A DNA stretch of 64,000 nucleotides. Source: Eledone cirrhosa (Eukaryota). The stretch covers positions 324,260,001 to 324,324,000 of the forward strand of contig OZ024743.1 in the NCBI GenBank assembly GCA_964016885.1, read 5' to 3'. The notes beneath the pieces are model-generated. The model was not told where the DNA came from and did no database searches. It was given only the letters and a program-made list of their open reading frames with translations. The position numbers and the translations under genes were made by a program. Within the stretch, counting starts at the first letter, position 1, and each line of letters begins with the position of its first letter. Shown one piece after another: positions 38,851-52,407 of this stretch.

Positions 38851-40083
38851 CTAGCAGAAAACCACCCGGTGGGCGGTTTTCTGCTAGCAAATCTAGTGTA
38901 TATACTGATATTGTTGAGATTTGGATGAGAAATGTTTTCGGCACCACATGTTCACCGTCTCTCGGTGTGTCTTTTATGCATATATAAATATATATGTTAT
39001 CTATACGGTGAAATCTTTGAAATAAATATGTTAAAACGAAAAAGGAGAAAATAAATAACTGGCAGTTAGAAAAAAATATTCCTATGAAATTTTAATCATA
39101 CCATTAGGTGTGAATAAGGAAATATTTTTTTATTGTCAAAACAAATGTTCAAAAGTTAAACTTCAATTTTTTGAATTATTTCCAATTTTTTCATGAAATT
39201 GAACACTGGACATTAGCTGCTGGAAATGGAAATTAAATCGTATTTAATTGTATTTAAATTTCTAACCTTATTTTATTATTTATATTTTTTCAATAAGAAA
39301 TAAAAAAAAAACAACAAAAAAAATTGAACAAATCAAACGTAGGTTATGGAACTGCGCAATCTGATTAATAAATTACCTCAGCAGCAGCAACCTTCTTCAA
39401 ATGGTCCTTATTATCAGCAGCAACAACCACAAATTCAATGGCAACCTTCTTCAAACCACAAATTCAATGGCAACCTTCTTCAAATGGTCCTTATTATCAG
39501 CAGCAACAACCACAAATTCAATGGCAACCTTCTTCAAACCACAAATTCAATGGCAACCTTCTTCGCATGGTGTCAAGTCAGAACCGCCTCGAACTGGTTA
39601 CTTCTGGCTTGTGCAAGGTGTCTCTATAGTAACCAGCGATTCCCTCGGCCTCAGTGTCCAAAGTCAGTGGAGAGGGGAAGGTAATGTTTCTATAGCGACA
39701 GTGTTTCTCTTGGTAGTACCAACGTGGAGAAAGGAAGGGGAAGGTAATATTTCTGTAGCACGTGTTTTAGCGTCTATTCACTCTCTCTCTCTCCCTCCCG
39801 CTATCCCCCTCTCGTAGTCTGTCTCTTTCTTTCACTCTCACTCTCTCTCTACGCACGTGTTTCCACTGTCGGACAGACAGAGAAATTGCTGGTTATATAT
39901 ATATATGTAGAGATTCAGCATTAAACATATATATAACACAGTCTCTCTTCAATTTCTGTGGATATTGTTAATTACGATTTTATTTGACATATATTTACAT
40001 GCATATATATTTGCGTATAATATCAATATGCACACTACACATGCGAGCAGAAAAACCACACGAATGGTGGTTTTTCTGCTAGT
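38851..40083. mobile_element. Helitron-like element(s) with hairpin plus CTAG ends
   Basis: CTAGCAGAAAACCACCCGGTGGGCGGTTTTCTGCTAG at 38851; AGCAGAAAAACCACACGAATGGTGGTTTTTCTGCTAG at ~40046. Confidence 0.55.
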
Positions 40084-40452
40084 ATATATAATGATTAATA
40101 TATTATAGTTCTATATAGATCATAAACATTTTCTTTTAATTATGACACTTTCTTTTTTTCATCACGCTTTCTTTACCTTGTTTAACTTCAAACGTCGTAC
40201 ACTGTTCGTCTCTTACACTTTATCCCCCCCCCCTTCTATTTGTATGTATGTTTGCACCTACCTATATAGTATATGTTTTACTGGGAGGGTTGGGGCATGG
40301 TTTGGAAAGATATGTTAGAATTCAATTATGACTGGTGCAGCATGTCTATGGTGGGCAGGGTTGATTGGAGAATTCGTGGCTAGCTTGGGAGTACTTTTAG
40401 ATTTGTTCCCGTTCTAGTTAAGACAAATGATGATCATATTCATATATATATG

Positions 40453-40513
<61 letters not shown>

Positions 40514-40559
40514 TATATATAACCAATTAGGGCGTTAGAAACCTCCCACACCTCCTCTT

Positions 40560-41780
40560 CTTCGACCACTTATTCGTGAGAGAGTCGTGAGAGCAGAGCC
40601 CTCAAACACTCCCTCTGCTGGGTCCTGTCAGAAGCAACCGTCTCCAACAGAACCGGCTGGATCACCAAGCGTGACCAGCCAAGCTCATGGATGTTATCCA
40701 ACCATCTTGCTCGGGGTCTACTCTTGAGTCTCATCATGAGACATTCTAGCCACAGGCCCATAGTATCGGAGCTGTGATCTCTCAATTCAGAGAAGTAGCG
40801 GTTCTACCTGGAGTGACCTTCTGATCTTTGAGTAGAGTGCAGGCTTCCTTGACAGGATAAGTGTTTCAGTTTTCGCAGCACTGATTTTTCATTCCAGCTA
40901 TGCAGCATTCGGCATCAAACCTATCAAGTGCAAGTCGGAGATCACCTTCTGTCAAGTTAAGTAACACCATGTCATCTGCAAATTCCAGCCGGCTGATTAT
41001 ACACCTACCACTTCCAACACGGCTGCGCATGTCAATCCTATTCATATAATTAATGACAGGAGAGGTGACAGTACACACCCTTGGCGGAGTCTGACTCCCA
41101 CATTGAATGGTTTCGATTTAACATCATTTATCCGAACACAAATTCTCGGGCATTCGTGTAGAGGCGTCAAGACAGCAAGAAGCTGACCATCGATCCCATA
41201 CTCTTGCAGAACCTTCCACGGCAGGTCCCGAGGAAGGCGGTCATATGTATTTTCGAAGTCTACAAAGCAAGAATATACCTCTTGGCAGTACTGCCACGAT
41301 TTCTCAAAGACCTGTCGCAGTGTGAATATTTGGTCGGTTGTACTGCGTCCGGGGCGAAAACTACACTGGTCATCAGCTAATTTGAACTCTACAATCTCCC
41401 TACACCTCTTTACAAAACACTTAGCATAGACTTTACCGAGGAGGCTTAACAAGGAGATCACTCCATAATTGGAATAATCTCTCTTCTCGTCTCTTTTTGA
41501 AAATTGGGATTATCACTCCCGATTGCAATTACTTTGGTGCCTTTTCAGAGATCCAGTCCACCTGACACACACGAGTCAGCCAGAGAATACCTTCTCTATA
41601 TAAGGCTTTTAACATTTCGGACCTGGTTTCATCTTCCCTAGAGGCCTTTCCTCTTACTTTAGTGTCTTTTCAGAGATCCAGGCCACCTGACATACACGAG
41701 TCAGCCAGAGAATATCTTCTCTATTTAAGGCTTTTAACATCTCAGACCGGATTTCATCATCCCTAGAGGTCTTGCCACAA
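40560..41780 (-). mobile_element. Degenerate RTE RT fragment of a second family (Expander/Rex3-like)
   Basis: ISLLSLLGKVYAK..FRPGRSTTDQIF..FVDFENTYD..RQGCVLSPLL; FADDMVLL; ~115-bp internal duplication at 41530-41770. Confidence 0.85.
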
Positions 41781-42355
41781 TTGAGTGGATTTGAGAAAGT
41801 ATCAGATTGGTGACTGGCGCGAATAAGAGCACCAAAACTGCAATATGGTGAGAGATACGAAAAAGAATCATACCGCATCATCTTTCACGCGGGTTAACAG
41901 GTGACGCGTTCAGGCCTTAAGTAGAGGGGTCTGTTCGAAAAATATATTGCAGTCTCCATTTCATGCCGCAAAAACTGGCGATGGACCTGCGACCTATCCT
42001 GGGAGGCGTGGGATGGACGCACAAACATTACGTATCTCGAGATCCCAAAGAGTGTTCGGAAGGGATCAAACCTTGAGATCCCGCACCACCCAGCCAAAAA
42101 TTTTAGTTGAGTGCACAAGAGGACTGGAGCTTTTCTTCTACAAATAAATTGGATAATGAAGGTAAGATAACCTGGGAAAAACTAACATATATATATTGTA
42201 TTATAGAACAAAAGTGCTACTCAAGGTAAATATTGGGCCTTGAAATCTTGGGTAACGCATTATGAACATAAATAAATAATATAATATTTCTGCTGTCTTC
42301 TCAATTGAGCACCTTTTTCTTCTTCACACTTACGGATATTGCTAGACACACACAC

Positions 42356-42401
<46 letters not shown>

Positions 42402-42526
42402 GTGTTTGTACCAAAGTTTTCAAGTCGCTGGCTGGACTAAAAAGTCACACTCGATCAGCGCATCGGTAGGGGTTCTCCTACATGGATATAAAGTAGTGGC
42501 CGTACTCGAAAACGAGTTGGCAGCCA

Positions 42527-42573
<47 letters not shown>

Positions 42574-43323
42574 TAAACGGAATAGAAAATGCTGACAAAT
42601 TGTTCACAGTTGAAAAATGGTTTAATTAGGAATAAAAGAGTATTAGTGATTGTATGGGTTAGTATTCAGTTGTGGTTTTAAGTTTTTAAGTTTTTACCGG
42701 TTGCGCATTTCTAAATGCTTTTCAAAAATAATTTTGAGATAGAGTGTCCGTGCTGTTTGCTATATATATATATAATTGTAAATCGAAGTTTAGCTGTTGT
42801 ACAGTAAGTTCTATTCGATTTGTTTGAGGCAATCATAAGTCCAGAGTTAACACGAGTTATAAAGTGTGACACCCTGAAAACCGATAGAAGACAAATTATA
42901 CATACAACAAAATTACGATAGATTCAGAAAGGTTTATATATACCGTCACACACACACACACACATTTATTTATTTATTTATATATAACGGTATGGTCACA
43001 GCTGGAATGTCTTTCATCATTGGTCACACGGCTTAACAATTAGCTCTGACGAAATAATCTGACGTTGAGGCGTGGGAGACTCTTGGTGGTTTATTTTGAC
43101 CAGTGGTATTTAGGTCAATCATTTGTGCCCACACCCCTGTTTTTATACACACGTATGTGCATATATAGATAAAAAGATTCTCTCTCTCCCTCTCCCTCTC
43201 TATATATGTATATATATATACGGGTGGAGTTGTCATATATATATATATATATACTCTGGAGTATTCATTCTCTCGTTCGTCCATAACACAGATGTACATT
43301 TATTATAAACTGACGGATGCGCG

Positions 43324-43366
<43 letters not shown>

Positions 43367-43378
43367 ACACGCACACGT

Positions 43379-43433
<55 letters not shown>

Positions 43434-44107
43434 AGCAGTGAGAGAGAGAGAATGACAAATATTTTGATTGACTCATGACTCTTAACCTCTTTACAAAGCT
43501 CCAACCCATCTCACCACCTCCGCCACCACCATAACAAGCAACATGTTATCTTCGCACGAGCCTCACCCCATAACATTCTTTACAATGCATATCTTTGTAA
43601 TGAATTTTTGCAGAGAAACGATTTGTAAGGCGCACGTGTTGAAGTTTATTTTACAAACAAAACAACAATAACGAAAAAAAAAATATATATATATATTTTT
43701 CGTAAATCATGATTGTTTGACATTACAATACTGTATATAATCTTTCTTCGTAGGTGAAATTTTGCAGAGGTATGACATGAGCCTTCTCTCCCTCACTAGG
43801 TCATAACTGACTATGATGACATGAGTCTTTTCTCCCTCACTAGGTCTTAACTGACTATGGGTTAGCAGTCACCCTACAACAGAGAACGTTGACGTTGCCT
43901 TCTAAATGTTTGTCAACATGTGTCGAGAGAGAGGAGGGGGTGGGTGAAAAAAAAAAATATAGTGTATGTTGGGTTATATTGGAGTTTACCAATATATATC
44001 CTGGTAAAAATTATAGAAGTTCAATGCTAATCAGATGGCCAGCTGTTATACATGAAAACGTACGTAGAGTAAAATTATGTTATAAGTCTAAATTGACTAT
44101 TCGCTAT

Positions 44108-44143
<36 letters not shown>

Positions 44144-44182
44144 CAAGGACGAATGGTTGCTCCTTCATTACGCTCATTGGTT

Positions 44183-44267
44183 GGTGACGCGCGTTTCGCT
44201 ACTGATCAGCTCAAGGTTCGATCTGTATCGATCTAGCCCGACTCTGGAATCAAAGGCTCGTCCGACC
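44183..44267 (-). ncRNA. Hammerhead motif with long stem II (family 4)
   Basis: Minus strand: GGT-CGGACGA-gcctttgat...atcagtagc-GAAA-CGCGCG-TC-ACC; one core mismatch. Confidence 0.55.
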
Positions 44268-44300
44268 TCTGTGGTAGTAATGACATTACTACCAGGTAAT

Positions 44301-44494
44301 CAGACCTGTCAACTCTCCCCGTCGGACGGGGAGATCTCCCTCCAACTTTGGGGTGGGTGAGAGATGCCGTCTCTCGTGAAAATGGGTATAGCTTTCATTA
44401 TGTAAAATTTCACCATTTTGCCTCACTTCTCCCCGTTTGGCGGCACTTTTTTTCATGGTATTCTCCGTGTGGGTTTTTAGAGGTTGGCAGGTCT
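44301..44494. mobile_element. ~190-bp hAT-like MITE
   Basis: CAGACCTGTCAAC ... GTTGGCAGGTCT. Confidence 0.8.
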
Positions 44495-44499
44495 ATAAT

Positions 44500-44880
44500 C
44501 TTGCGAAATGTGGACACAACAGAACTGCGAATGCCATCCATAGATATTGCCTTAAGATTTAGGATTTCTTGGTCGGACCGCATCACAAATGAAGAGGTCA
44601 TGGAAAGGGCTCTGCTGAATGATCTACGAAATACCATCATGTATGATGGCAGCAGATGTTTGCCCATGTGCTACACATATCCATGAAGAGACCAGTGAGG
44701 GCCTCCTTCAAATGGAAGCCAGAACATGTGTATAGTAGGTAGGGTCCACAGGAAACAAGGCAGACCCATAAAGACCTGGTTGTAGTCTTTTGGGGAAGAC
44801 CTGCAGACATAGGCCTGGCCTGAAAGTAGGCTCGTGTAAGGGCTTGTTACTGTGCGGCGTAAATGGAACTAAAGAAGGTG
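44500..44880 (+). mobile_element. Very degenerate RTE/LINE C-terminal fragment
   Basis: RISWSDRITNEEVMERA motif in ORF 44348-44686. Confidence 0.6.
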
Positions 44881-45572
44881 TATCTATGTATGTATGTGTA
44901 TATCAGCGTATATATGTTTATGAATGTATGTATGCATATGTGTATGTATGTGTGTTTTTATGTGTGAGTGTGGATGTATACGCGTGTGTATGTATCCAGA
45001 GGCATAACTAGTGAAAATAGCGCCTATGGCAAGCAGTGAAATTGTGCCCCTGGTCAAGCACTGTATTTTTACCTATAGGCCTAATAATTTATATAAATGG
45101 TTTAATGATCCCACCACCATAGTGTCCTCACCTATGATGGAGACAGATCATACATCTGAAGGAGTTTGTTTTTTCACTCTTCGACGAGGCTTATTTGACT
45201 TTAATAGAACGTGATCCTAATCCAAATAGTGTCCCCTTCATATGGTGCGCATGGCACGTGCCATGCGCACCATACCATAGTTACGTCTAGTATGTATATG
45301 TTGTCAATAAAGTTCTCAGGATCAGAAGTGTCATAGTACACAAACACATGCATAGATACACACAAACACATACATACTTATACACACACACACACACACG
45401 TGGTTATACATACCTACACACATACAAATATTTATAAACACACGTACATAACAATGTTTCTACGTACATATCTCTACTCCACCTAGAACTTACTGCTTCT
45501 AGTCCAGTGACAGTTGATTAGATCCATATTCTACGTCGAAATTAATATATGTACAAACATATGTATCAATAA

Positions 45573-45603
<31 letters not shown>

Positions 45604-45622
45604 AATGAAAATATAGAAATTA

Positions 45623-45800
45623 ATTGTTTCTACTTTTGGAACAAGGCCAGCAAATACCCAGTGCATTACTGGTACTTTATTTGATCGACCCCGTAAGGAT
45701 GAAAGGGAAAGTAAACCTCAGCGGGATTTGAACTCAGAATGGCAAGGACCGTAACTCTATGCGTCAAAGCATGGCGTCCGACCCTCTACCAATACTGCCA
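45623..45800 (-). mobile_element. Meta-domain-type SINE
   Basis: Matches 3403-3590. Confidence 0.85.
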
Positions 45801-45837
45801 GTGAGCAAGGAGCCAACAGTATTTCATATATAAGTGA

Positions 45838-45898
<61 letters not shown>

Positions 45899-46339
45899 TA
45901 CACACTTTTATATAGGTGTATGTATCCGTGTGTGTATATGCAATATATATATACACTTATATATAGTCACATATATTATGAAATACTGTTGGCTCCTTGC
46001 TCACATTAATTTCTATATTTTCATTTATATATATATATATTATGACACAATGCTTACAGGAAAGCCATAAAATCACATATCAACACAAGTGGATAAGGTC
46101 CTTCAGAATGAAAATATAAACAGAGCATATAAATAAATTTACCGTAGAATAACATAACAAATATGTTTTAAATATATACATAAATAACATTACAAATGCC
46201 TCGGTAACACTACAATGGATGATATAATGAAAGATATATTCCTTCAACGCTACAATATTAAAGAAAATGTAAAAGAAGGGGTGAACAACGGAGCCAACAC
46301 CAGAGCAAAAGACAGCAACGGTGCGAGGAGTACTGGGCA

Positions 46340-46750
46340 ACCTCTCTTATGATTTTGAGGCAAGCCAACACACTCGCTGCGTTGCCTCGGGTGATGGCGA
46401 GGCTGATGCGCTGAAACAGCCAAGCACCCTCGCGAGATTCGCCAGTCACCTCTATTAGGCGAGCCGCCAGTGAGGAAAGGAACCTCGCAATCAGCAGCCC
46501 GACTCCCCCCAAAATCTCGAAAGCCACAGGCTGAAAAATGTAGCTGGCCGACAGAGCAGAGTATTTGAGGGTCTTACTCCGCTCGGCTGCAGAAGCTGTG
46601 GCTCTCGTCCTAATCGCAGCATCCAGGATGTGGGAAAGAGCAAAGGAGTCACTAACAGTGACGTCCCAGACAAGGCACCTGCCTCTAGACCAGGGGCACA
46701 GGGTAAGACCGTCAGGTCTTTTGCCGTGACTTCTGGATAACCCAGATGGT
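46340..46750 (-). mobile_element. CRE-like non-LTR retrotransposon C-terminus (restriction-like endonuclease)
   Basis: GKRPDGLTLCPWSRGRCLVWDVTV..AERSKTLKY..FQPVAFEILG..FQRISLAITRGNAASV. Confidence 0.85.
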
Positions 46751-46811
46751 GTGTGCGCGCGCGCGTGCATGTGTGCATATGTATGTGTATTTATATACAC
46801 ACGTATGTGTG

Positions 46812-46845
<34 letters not shown>

Positions 46846-47959
46846 TATACACATAATCTACCTATCAATATATATATACTATATATATATATATAAATAT
46901 ATATATAGTATATATATATACCTATCAATATATATATCAATATTGCGGACCAATTATCGACTTTAATCGATCAATGATCGCATATCATAGAGAGAGAGAG
47001 AGAGAGAGAGACGAACTGAACGGAAGATCAACAAACGAACCTAACTTATACACACATGTATTTACAGTTAATATTATTTACCTTTATCGTTTCAAGGTTT
47101 TGTATCTCCCTTTTTTCTTCTCTTCTTCGTACCGCTATAATCCAAAGTGAGGCGAATATTTCCGTATGAAACTTATCCAAATTTATGTTTTATGCTTTAA
47201 AATATACTTTCCATATTCATGTGTAATAAACTGTTTATATTAAAACAAACACCAAAAAGTTCTTGGTAAGTTTGTCGTCCATTTGCAGGACTGATTTATG
47301 TTAGATAGTTCAATTGTAGATAATAAATTGATGAAAAAAATATATATATGTATGTATATTTATATTTAAGTAATTTGTACGGGTTTATTGTTTGTTTGCT
47401 TTTAAAAAAAAAACAAGTCAATTTAGTGTTGTTTTAAAGACTGCTATATCGGCGTTTAAGCTAAGCAGGCGACAATAAGGACGATGACGACGGCGGCAGC
47501 AGCGATCACAACAATGTAGGCGGTGGTGACGATTGTCACAGAAGCTACAACATAATAACTTGTTACCATATATATAATACAATATATGTATATAGCAACA
47601 GAAACGACAACGACAATTAAACAACAATAATTGGTTGTTGTGGTGGTGGTGGTGGTGATGGAAATGATATATTATAACTACGTTTATTAAAATTATATAC
47701 TGTACTTAGTTCACGTTTTTATTCAATGTTAATACGTTTATTAAATAACGTAAATTGCCCTTACCCTAGTTTATGTATAACTCATTTATTCAGCCACGCA
47801 TGTATTGGAACCCCCACCCCTTGATTCATAACGTTTATTGTATTCTATGTGCGAGAACATACATGAATCCTTAACTCTCCATGGAGTCGTAGGGACGCCG
47901 TGGGCATATACTGCGTGTCTTGAGTATTTAAACCTGGTGGACCCCATCCCTCTCTAGGT

Positions 47960-48850
47960 TTGAACACAGCTGATTTCTTTGAGAGAGGAGGGAATTGACT
48001 CTTGTACTGGACAGTTATTGACTTTGAAAGGATGAATGGCGAGGTTAACCTCAACAGTATTTGAAGTCAGACCGCAAAGAGCCGGAATGAATACGGTGAA
48101 GCCATCTATTCGATATTCTAACGACTCTGCCATTAAAAAATGAAAAAAGTAATATTATTCGAGGTTGACTTTGCCTTTCATCCTTACGGGGTCGATAAAA
48201 TAAAGTACCAGTAATGCACTGAGTAATTGCTGGCCTTGTGCCTAAAGTAGAAACAATTATTATTAAAAGAGCGGGAAGGACGGTGGATTGACAGTATCGG
48301 TAGAGCGTCAATCCCGCCGAGCTTAGCTTTACATTTCATCCTTAAGGGGTCGATAAATAAAGCACTAATAATGCGCTGGGATCGATTTAATCGACTTTCT
48401 TCTCCCCCAAAATTGCTACCCTTGTGCCTAAATCAGAAACCATTATTAAAAAGGTAGGGTGGTGGATTGGCAGTACCAGTAGAACGTTGGACAAAATGTT
48501 TTTCAGTATAGAGTTATGGCCCTTTACATTCTGAGTTCAAATGAAGAGGTCAACTTTGCCTTTCATCCTTCCAGGGTAGATAAAATTAAATACCGGTTGA
48601 GTAGTGGGGTCGATATCATCGACTTTCCCCTTACCCCGAATTGATGGCCTTGAGCCAATGTTAGAAATATTTCTTTTGTTTTTAATTTCGTTCTTTACGT
48701 TTACCTTTACATTCTGAGCTCAAATCCCGCCGAAGTTAGCTTTGCTTTTCATCTTTACAGGGTTGATAAAATAAATCACCAATAATGCACTGGGGGCGAT
48801 TTAATCGATCTTCCCCGCTCTTCAAATTGTTGGCCTTGTGCCTATAGCAA
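47960..48850. mobile_element. Cluster of about five Meta-domain-type SINE copies (one minus, four plus)
   Basis: TTTCATCC..GGG..GATAAA core at ~48175, 48333, 48560 and 48745; reverse copy at ~48010-48130. Confidence 0.8.
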
Positions 48851-49177
48851 AAGTGGTCGTGTGGTGGGTAAGACTGAGAGGACTGAGGAGTGACACTTTT
48901 CTCTTCGGCCATGCTCTCATTAATTTTTTTCATATTATGCTTGACTATTACACACACATGCTCATATACAACATACTAAACGAATGTTATGGGAATACAA
49001 TTAGAGCTTATAAGTTTAATAATACTTATTAATTGAACTAACAACAATTATAAGATTAACATTAATAGAATAGTTTAAGAAAAACAATAGAAAATTATGG
49101 AAGCTTAATTCAGTAATAAATATATCAATAACTAGGAGATGTAGTTACTAAAAAACTAATAACTTAAATCATATTAA

Positions 49178-50109
49178 TAGAGGCGGTGGAATTGGGCAAG
49201 GGTGTCATGGACCTCACCGAATAATTATATTTTCCCCAAACTACCAAAACACACATGCGCTACAATTTATGTACATGTTATGTAGAGATAGATAGGGGAG
49301 ATATATATATAAATATAGAGAGGGGAAGAGTATGGTGGTAATTGTTATAGAAAGGGGGTATTGGAAGAGAGTTCCGTGTAGTAGATATAGAGAGGGGGTA
49401 TTGGAAGAGAGTTCCGTGTAGTAGATATAGAGAGTGGGAGAGTTTGGTGTTAATTGAGATAGAGAGGGGAATTGGAAGAAAGTGTTGTATGATTGATATA
49501 AGGGGGAGAGTTTGGTAGTGATAGAAAGAGTTAGAGGAAATGAGAAAGAGTGTTGTATGGTAGATATAGAGAGGGGGTAGTTTGGTGGTAATTGATATAG
49601 AGAGGGGGAGAGTTTGGTATAAATTAAGATAGAGAGGGGTTTTGGAAAAGAGTTCCCTGTAGTAGATCTAGAGAGTAGGAGAGTTTGGTGTTAATTGATA
49701 TAGAGAGGGGTATTAGGAGAAAGTGTTGTATGGTTGATATACAGAGATGGGGTTGGAGGTAATGAATAGAGTGAGAGGATTGATAGAGAGGGGTAGAGTT
49801 TGGTAGTGATGGATAGAGTGAGAAGGAATGAGAGAGTGTGTTGTATGGTAAATATAGAGAGGGATTTAGTTTGGTGGTAATTGATATAGAGAGAGGGGTT
49901 GGGAGAGAGTTCCGTGTAGTAGTGTGTGTTTTGGTTTTTGTCCCCAAAACACACATCCATTTTGATATGCGGTACAATTTATGAACATTTTATGGTTATG
50001 GCATATCGAAGTTTTCTATTTTAGAGTACAAAGAGCTAAACTAACCACTACAACTAAATTGGCCAAATTTGCACCCATCCCCAATTCAGAAATGGTTCCA
50101 CCGCCCCTG
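49178..50109. mobile_element. MITE-like element with internal purine-rich tandem repeats
   Basis: TAGAGGCGGTGGAA ... TTCCACCGCCCCTG inverted ends; GATATAGAGAGGGG-type ~40-bp repeats at 49300-49920. Confidence 0.6.
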
Positions 50110-50323
50110 AAATTAATAGAGGCGAAAGATTATTTCTAGAATAAAATATTATAAGTGTAATGTATATTAAACACTTTTAAATAAATCCTTGAACCTGATT
50201 AATCATACCCATTTACATTCCAGTTAATTTTTTCTCTCTTAACGCATAGAATAGTTAAAATATCTTAAATCTATGTATTTAAACTGAAGTTGTATTTCAT
50301 AGTTTGATATAAATATATATAAA

Positions 50324-50369
<46 letters not shown>

Positions 50370-50374
50370 GTATA

Positions 50375-50438
<64 letters not shown>

Positions 50439-50473
50439 TGAAGGTATTTATATGAATGTATGTATGTATGTAC

Positions 50474-50504
<31 letters not shown>

Positions 50505-50511
<7 letters not shown>

Positions 50512-50875
50512 ATATATAAAATCAAAAGATGGTTAAATGAGTTCCATGTATTTTATTATGCGTATTTCAAAAACAAATATCATCATGCAATAACATTTGC
50601 GTTTTCGTCAGATAAAATAGGGAGACATGATATGAAGGTTAAAACACACTTGTGAATAGTGCAGTTTTAAATCAACATATGCAGTTTTAAATCAATATAT
50701 TATATGTTGATTTAAAACTGCATTATTCACAAGTGTGTTTTAACCTTCATATCATGTCTCCTTATTTTATCTGACGAAAACGCAAATGTTATTGCATGAT
50801 GATATTTGTTTTTGAAATGCGCATAATAAAATACATGGAACTCTTTTAACCATCTGTTGATCTTATATATTATTT
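50505..50875. repeat. Long inverted repeat (~170-bp arms), each arm carrying a hammerhead motif (family 2)
   Basis: Plus 50763-50833: TATTTTAT-CTGACGA-stem II-GAAA-TGCGCA-TA-ATAAAATA; mirror copy on minus at 50549-50619. Confidence 0.85.
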
Positions 50876-50956
50876 ATACTCCAGTCCTACAAACTGTAGA
50901 GTGCTTCTTATCCGATATCTGCATTGCTTTATTGTACTACAATAAAACTCACCTCC

Positions 50957-51007
<51 letters not shown>

Positions 51008-51071
51008 TAATTGAACAAGTAGTCTCATGAAAACAGTTGAAAACTGCAAACTTGACTGTTACCACACAATA

Positions 51072-51110
51072 TGAACCTGAAGATTGCGAAAGCATAAAAG
51101 TACTTGTTCA
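51072..51110 (+). ncRNA. Minimal hammerhead motif with GAAA>AAAA change (family 6)
   Basis: TGAAC-CTGAAGA-tTGCgaaaGCAt-AAAA-GTAC-TT-GTTCA. Confidence 0.55.
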
Positions 51111-51445
51111 ATTAACACTTAACATTTAATATTCTACCATACTATTTCATTCTAATACCATTATAAATTTTAAAGGATTGTAAATAAAACGAGTAAATCA
51201 GACAAAGTTGGAATTCCTTTTATTAATATAATCTTCTATACACAATCATACACACCCGTGTATATTTATATATATATATATACATATATCAAACTATATA
51301 TGATAATATATGTAGAAGTTATATTTAATTTGTTAGAATTCCGACAAATATAAATGTTTATAACTGATACAGAGCGCTCAACAGATTACTGGAATAAATA
51401 TTCCAAGATATTAATAAATGGAAACTAGATTTATAAAACCATATA

Positions 51446-51509
51446 TATTTTATTATATATATTTCAAGGGCGACCAAGCAATCTTGGTGCGCTTTCATCA
51501 GATAAAATA
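51446..51509 (-). ncRNA. Minimal type-I hammerhead motif (family 1), perfect stem I
   Basis: Minus strand: TATTTTAT-CTGATGA-aagcgcaccaagattgcttggtcgccctt-GAAA-TATATA-TA-ATAAAATA. Confidence 0.78.
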
Positions 51510-51698
51510 CAAAATTAGTTTTATAAATACCGACGCATCCATGGAAATCAACCTTAACAGTTGGAAATTCGCTGGATAGTGGAAACTTATTAGGGGTAAT
51601 TCAAAGCTATGTGTGGATATGCAAATGAATGTATGAAAAATTGAAAAGACAACCGTTTATTTAAATTAGGCTGAGGTAAGATAGGGAAGAAAGAAAAG

Positions 51699-51821
<123 letters not shown>

Positions 51822-52339
51822 TTTATATATATATATATATGTGTGTGTGTACACATAATCTCAGCAATATAATATTTTCTGCTTTGGTATTGAACACTTT
51901 TTCCTCATGTTTGTAAGCACAAACGTACGGATATATATAATCTATCTCTCTCTCTCTATATATAAGAAACATATATATATATATATGTCTACCTACCTAC
52001 GTCTACCTTCTATTGTCATGTGTATGTCGTCTGCCTCTGTCAATCAATTGATCAGACTATCTTACAGCCTTCTTTAACTATAATACATCTGCCAACCTAT
52101 TCACTTACTTGTCAGTCTAGTTATCGACCTACCCTTCTGTCTGTGTCTCTGTCTCTATTTCTATGTATCTATTCATTACTGATCTCACTGTTGTTCCAAA
52201 GGCAGCAGATAGAAAACACATATAGCGCCATCTTTCCTTTTTCCTCTTTTGCGGTCTGATTACATTTTCCTACCTATCTGCCGACTTCTCCGTATTCCTG
52301 TCTCATTCCAGTTAATCAATCAGCCCGCCTGTCAGTCTG

Positions 52340-52403
<64 letters not shown>

Positions 52404-52407
52404 CACA

